DNA of 56,081 bases from an uncultured Proteiniphilum sp. (GTDB lineage Bacteria; Bacteroidota; Bacteroidia; Bacteroidales; Dysgonomonadaceae): assembly GCA_964535975.1 (NCBI GenBank), contig CAZHWC010000002.1, forward strand, positions 1-56,081, in the 5' to 3' direction. The notes beneath the pieces were generated by a model. It saw only the letters and a list, made by a program, of their open reading frames with translations, did not search any database and was not told the DNA's origin. Below are positions 51,706 through 56,081 of this stretch, piece by piece (position 1 is the stretch's first letter; the number at the start of each line of letters is the position of its first letter). The translations under genes were made by a program, and so were the position numbers.

Positions 51706-54066
51706 TTATTTCCTCTTCTTCTTTCCTTTGCTTTCATTACCATAACCGTAACCATATCCATACCCATAACCATATCCCGATCTAAAGTCGCTGATATCAT
51801 TAATTAAAAGCATCATATTATTAAGCTTCTTTTTTGTATACAAGTCATTAGCAAAAATAAGATTCTGTTTGTGCGAATAATTGGCACGTGCCACAAAAAC
51901 AGTTGCTTCCGAAACTCTATTCATAATCAACGTATCCGTAACCTGGCTAGATGGTGCTGAGTCTATTATTATATAATCATATTTCTTTTTCAGTTCATCT
52001 ATTGCATCGTCCAATGTTTGGCGAGACATAAGTTCAGCCGGGTTAGGAGGAATAGGGCCTGCAGGTAATATATCCAGTGTATCCGATAAATTTGAGGGAA
52101 CAATTAATTTGTCCAGGTTGGTTTCAAATCCCGACAAGTAATTGGTCAAGCCCTTATCAAAGTTCAAATTAAGATGCTCAGATAATCTTGGCTTTCTTAA
52201 GTCACCACCTATCAATAGCACTTTTTTGTTTAACAGAGAAAGAGTTATTGCCGTATTAATAGACACAAACGTTTTTCCTTCACCCGATACTGTTGAAGTA
52301 AACACAATTACTTGTTTATCTTTACCCAAAGCAAACAGCAAGTTAGTTCTCAACATACGGAAAGCTTCATCCAGCTCAGTAGTTCTACTTTCCGAAACCA
52401 CAATATTTGTGTCTTCACCATGAGATGGAATTTCAGCCAAAATCGAAAGTTTAGTAATACGTTCAACATCCGACCTTGTTTTAATTGTAAAGTGAAGCAA
52501 ATCCAGAATATATATAATTCCCACAGGAATTATTAGCGCCAGTAAAAAAGCAGCCAACAAAATAATTTTAGTCTTAGGGAATACAGTTCCACCCGTCACC
52601 GCCTCGTTTAATATCTTAGCAGTGTTGCTTGTAGCAGCCAGAGCCAGAGCATTTTCTTCACGCTTCTGAAGAAGCATCAAAAATAAGTTCTGTTTAATTT
52701 GCTGTTCGCGAGTCAAGTCCACAAACTCACGCTCCTGTGTAGGCATAGTTCCCAAACGTCCGCCATACATACTTGCCTGATTTCTAGCATCCCTGCGCTG
52801 GATATTTAATCCCTGTTGCACACTAGAGATAGATGAGTTGATGTTAGACCTTAATCCTGCAATCTGCTCATTTAATCTCTTCATTGCGGGGTTCTCATCA
52901 GTCATACTTTGCGCCATACGTTCACGCTCAAGCAACAGCTTATTATACTCATTTGCCGTAGCCACAAGCGTCGGGTCATCAATACCAATATTGCTTGGAA
53001 TAGGTCTATCTCTATTTACCGGATCATTAACATATCCGCCAAGTGAGTTCACAACATTAAGTTGAGTTTCCACTTTCACCAATTGCTGTTCATACTGACT
53101 CCCCATTTGCATATTTCTCTGCAAATCCACCTGCATGTCAGTTAATCCCTGCGATTGTTTATATTGCTCCACATTTGCATCAGCATGACTCAATTCTGCA
53201 TCAATAATTGTTAAACGCTCATTAATGAAAGTTTGAGTATTTCTTGCCTCCATATTTTTATCCTCAATCATCTCATTGTTGTACACGTCAACCAGAGTTG
53301 TCAAAAAGTCTTTTCCCTTTTCGGGATATGGAGTATTCAGTGTCATTGATAACACTGCCGATCTGGCACGAGGATTTTTTGATGCAATAGTTAAATCCCT
53401 TCTATATCTGCTAATCACCGAATTTGGATTCTCAATGATAACATTTAGTTGCGATGAGGAGTTCTCAATACCGTCACGTCTTACAAAGCTAATATTCCCA
53501 ACAGATGTTTTAAGCAAAGCCGGAAGCATTCCAAAAGTAGTATCGGTGGTCACGCCCCCAATTACACCTTTAATATGTAGAACATCATTCTGATCGAAAA
53601 TCATTGTAAACTCAACGGGTGCTTGCAAGCTGTCAAGCTTACTTTGTTCCATACCTACTATCACAGGACTCCTTTTATAAAGATCACTGCTTTTGATACG
53701 ACCCTCAGAAATGTAAGAAGTGTGAAGATTCAGTCTGTTAATTGTTGTGCGCACAATAGTACGAGATCTAATTACTTCTGCTTCGTCAGAGATGTTATCC
53801 ACAGCCCCAATCATTGCAATCTCTTCAATCATCATTCCACCAGGCATTCCCTTAGCAGCACCGGCATCCTTAAGCTTAATATCGGATGTTACGGTGTATA
53901 TTGGTGTTGCATATCTTAAATAAACCACAGCCAATGCCATTATCACGGCTACCGAAACAACAAACCATTTCCAATGCTTTACATATTTCCCAACAATTTC
54001 TATAAGAGAAAACGAGTCGTTTCCTTGCGACTCATTTAACTCAGTAATATTTTGTGGCTTTTCCAT
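51706..54066 (-). CDS. wzc: Polysaccharide copolymerase / BY tyrosine kinase (Wzc)
   Basis: Two TM helices, STVSGEGKT Walker A, DLRKP, IIDSAP, C-terminal (GY)n tyrosine cluster. Confidence 0.93.
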   Translation of the reverse strand: MEKPQNITELNESQGNDSFSLIEIVGKYVKHWKWFVVSVAVIMALAVVYLRYATPIYTVTSDIKLKDAGAAKGMPGGMMIEEIAMIGAVDNISDEAEVIRSRTIVRTTINRLNLHTSYISEGRIKSSDLYKRSPVIVGMEQSKLDSLQAPVEFTMIFDQNDVLHIKGVIGGVTTDTTFGMLPALLKTSVGNISFVRRDGIENSSSQLNVIIENPNSVISRYRRDLTIASKNPRARSAVLSMTLNTPYPEKGKDFLTTLVDVYNNEMIEDKNMEARNTQTFINERLTIIDAELSHADANVEQYKQSQGLTDMQVDLQRNMQMGSQYEQQLVKVETQLNVVNSLGGYVNDPVNRDRPIPSNIGIDDPTLVATANEYNKLLLERERMAQSMTDENPAMKRLNEQIAGLRSNINSSISSVQQGLNIQRRDARNQASMYGGRLGTMPTQEREFVDLTREQQIKQNLFLMLLQKREENALALAATSNTAKILNEAVTGGTVFPKTKIILLAAFLLALIIPVGIIYILDLLHFTIKTRSDVERITKLSILAEIPSHGEDTNIVVSESRTTELDEAFRMLRTNLLFALGKDKQVIVFTSTVSGEGKTFVSINTAITLSLLNKKVLLIGGDLRKPRLSEHLNLNFDKGLTNYLSGFETNLDKLIVPSNLSDTLDILPAGPIPPNPAELMSRQTLDDAIDELKKKYDYIIIDSAPSSQVTDTLIMNRVSEATVFVARANYSHKQNLIFANDLYTKKKLNNMMLLINDISDFRSGYGYGYGYGYGYGNESKGKKKRK

Positions 54067-54070
54067 CAAT

Positions 54071-54877
54071 CTATTTTCTTAAAATATTTATTAATAAGTT
54101 AGCAACTGTCACAGCTATTGATATACCCGAAATCCATAAAGTTGTTGCCGACCCAATTCTCGCATTCTGTGCCTTCACATTGTTAGGTTCCACATATACC
54201 ACATCATTCTGTTGTAAATAATATTCAGGTGTAAACACTAAATAAGGATTATTCAAATCCAATTGCATAATCCTCTTATTTCCATTTGCGTCTTCACGAA
54301 TTATCTTCACATTATCACGCACACCATAAATTGTCATATCACCGGCCATCGCCAATGCCTCCAGAATATTAATCTTTTCCTGAGTCACAGTAAACGATCC
54401 CGGACGTGACACCTCACCCAACACAGAAATCTTATAGTTACCAAACTTCACAACCACCAATGGTTCCTCCTTAATATAAGGCTTAAGCAAATTCACAATT
54501 TCGCTTTCTGCTTCCCTTATAGTTTTACCCTTAAGAGTAATCATTCCTAGTACAGGAAAGTTAATTTGCCCCTTATTATCTACCAGATAAGTGCTTAATT
54601 GAGTTTGTGTTGTAACACGTTGCACGTTTCCTGATTCTGAGATAGGAATAGTGATGTTAAAAGGTCTTGCTGCCTCGGGATCGCTAGTTGATACCGTAAT
54701 TGTCAGAATATCCTTAGGCATTATCCGTGCCTCATACATTGGTGTTAATTGTGTGGCGTATTCCTCTTCTGATATCTCCTCCGATTTTTGAAGATATGCT
54801 ACTTTTTTAGAAGAACCACACCCTGTAATGAACATAGCCATGACAGCTATTAGCCATAAATAGTTTGATTTTTTCAT
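54071..54877 (-). CDS. wza: Polysaccharide export lipoprotein (Wza/OPX)
   Basis: ITGC lipobox, YLVD..G.I.FPVLG, VLGEV.RPG, EALAMAGD; minus-strand TACCTTTG at 54941-54948. Confidence 0.92.
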   Translation of the reverse strand: MKKSNYLWLIAVMAMFITGCGSSKKVAYLQKSEEISEEEYATQLTPMYEARIMPKDILTITVSTSDPEAARPFNITIPISESGNVQRVTTQTQLSTYLVDNKGQINFPVLGMITLKGKTIREAESEIVNLLKPYIKEEPLVVVKFGNYKISVLGEVSRPGSFTVTQEKINILEALAMAGDMTIYGVRDNVKIIREDANGNKRIMQLDLNNPYLVFTPEYYLQQNDVVYVEPNNVKAQNARIGSATTLWISGISIAVTVANLLINILRK

Positions 54878-55040
54878 ATTTTATTTAATAAAATGGAAGT
54901 CATTTATTTTATAATGCAGATTGATCTCATCTTAAGTTCGCAAAGGTAGGCCTTTTTATCTTATTTTTTAAGATAAAAAGTGAAAACCAAGTTATAATAA
55001 AACTTTTTACATTATTTTAAATACTAATTAAAACAAAAGC

Positions 55041-56081
55041 TCAAATAACAATATCTAATCTTAATGCACTCAGAACAGCACTTGGTGAATTTCTGTAATT
55101 AAATCTGTGCACATATTCTAACCTAAACAATCCAAAAATATTTGTTATTCCCACAGTCCCTTCAATGTATGGAACCCCCGACTTATATGTATGTGTTAAA
55201 ATCGGTAATTCAAAAAGCCCATTCTCCTTGGTGGGTATATTCTTATCACTCAAGCTCCCATAGCTGGCACGAAAAGAAACCAATTCCTTTAATCCTATTG
55301 ATTTGAATAAATCAACTTTATCCAACCAAAGATTATTACCAATAAATACAGCACGCAAAGTAACCTGCTTATCTGAAACAAATTCAAGCGAACGACTCAA
55401 AAAGAAGGCATTATTCTCAATATCAAACTTATGTCTTTGGTTAGGATATGCCAATAATATAAAAGGCACCGGATTCCAAACCTTCACCATCTCTCCCACT
55501 ACATCCACAGTTGCCAGGTCGCTAATTTCAAATCTCTTCTGAAGAGAAAGCTCGCTTCTGTGATAATAATTATCACCACCCAAAAAGTTATCGAGACCCA
55601 TAGAATGCGAAAACAAAACCAATGGAGCCGTAGTGTTCACGGGCGACCTGCGCCTCATATTTTGTATATACTCATTATTGCCGCTCCACAATACAGAAAC
55701 ACCTATTTCGGTATTATTCAAATCTTTTGAGTATGATTCGCTATTCAGCTTTTCAAATTTCAAACCACCTTGTGGTGTAAAGTAAGATTTACGAAACCAT
55801 AGCGTATGCCTCAAACCATTCAGATATTCTCTGTCATAATTAATTTCGGCAAAGTTGCGATATGTAGTTTCATTCTTCGAACGCTTGTAAGTAACGAGTA
55901 ACAAGTCATTCATAGCACGAGGGTGCATCGCTCCGGGCGAGTAAATATCATCTTCATATATCAGGCTAACATTATTCATTAAGGACTCACCTTCATAATA
56001 CTCCTTTTTATTAAATGAGTAAATTGCCTCACCTCTATATTTAAATCTTGCATCCTTAAAGCCATAAGCCACATAACCCTT
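55041..56081 (-). CDS. C-terminal part of a large Bacteroidetes outer-membrane protein (DUF5686-like); runs off window
   Basis: Frame open to window edge; YGFKDARFKY, PYIE..VGITNIF..FRLEYVHR. Confidence 0.7.
   Translation of the reverse strand, partial: KGYVAYGFKDARFKYRGEAIYSFNKKEYYEGESLMNNVSLIYEDDIYSPGAMHPRAMNDLLLVTYKRSKNETTYRNFAEINYDREYLNGLRHTLWFRKSYFTPQGGLKFEKLNSESYSKDLNNTEIGVSVLWSGNNEYIQNMRRRSPVNTTAPLVLFSHSMGLDNFLGGDNYYHRSELSLQKRFEISDLATVDVVGEMVKVWNPVPFILLAYPNQRHKFDIENNAFFLSRSLEFVSDKQVTLRAVFIGNNLWLDKVDLFKSIGLKELVSFRASYGSLSDKNIPTKENGLFELPILTHTYKSGVPYIEGTVGITNIFGLFRLEYVHRFNYRNSPSAVLSALRLDIVI

Noticed and set aside
51735-51780. Hexamer repeat at wzc 3' end; also Gly-codon repeats at the TPM gene end (6500-6590)
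   Set aside because: Explained by the normal (GY)n tyrosine cluster and Gly-rich tail

Overview
AT-rich chromosomal backbone of a Bacteroidales bacterium (TAnnTTTG promoters, short primary sigma factor, purH-mreBCD-mrdA-rodA order; Dysgonomonadaceae-like by inference). It holds about 46 mostly housekeeping CDSs and one tRNA-Ala(GGC). No transposase, phage or CRISPR array is visible. The window appears to span the replication terminus: genes converge from + (left) to - (right), the + strand shifts from G-rich to C-rich by eye, and a 28-bp XerC/D dif-like site lies at 35082-35109. The most unusual unexplained elements are (i) an XRE-HTH gene about 7 kb from dif preceded by a cluster of ACAnnTGT palindromes, a candidate protein/DNA-array system near Ter, and (ii) a non-coding 210-bp/42-bp higher-order repeat at 14.5-15.0 kb. 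Also notable are GyrA Leu83/Asn87, several apparently catalytically degenerate enzymes (alkaline-phosphatase fold next to secA, HPPK, GT2, RelA HD domain), a twin palindrome pair flanking a methyltransferase, and a 7-bp ATG-containing VNTR. All calls are from reading the sequence; no searches were run.
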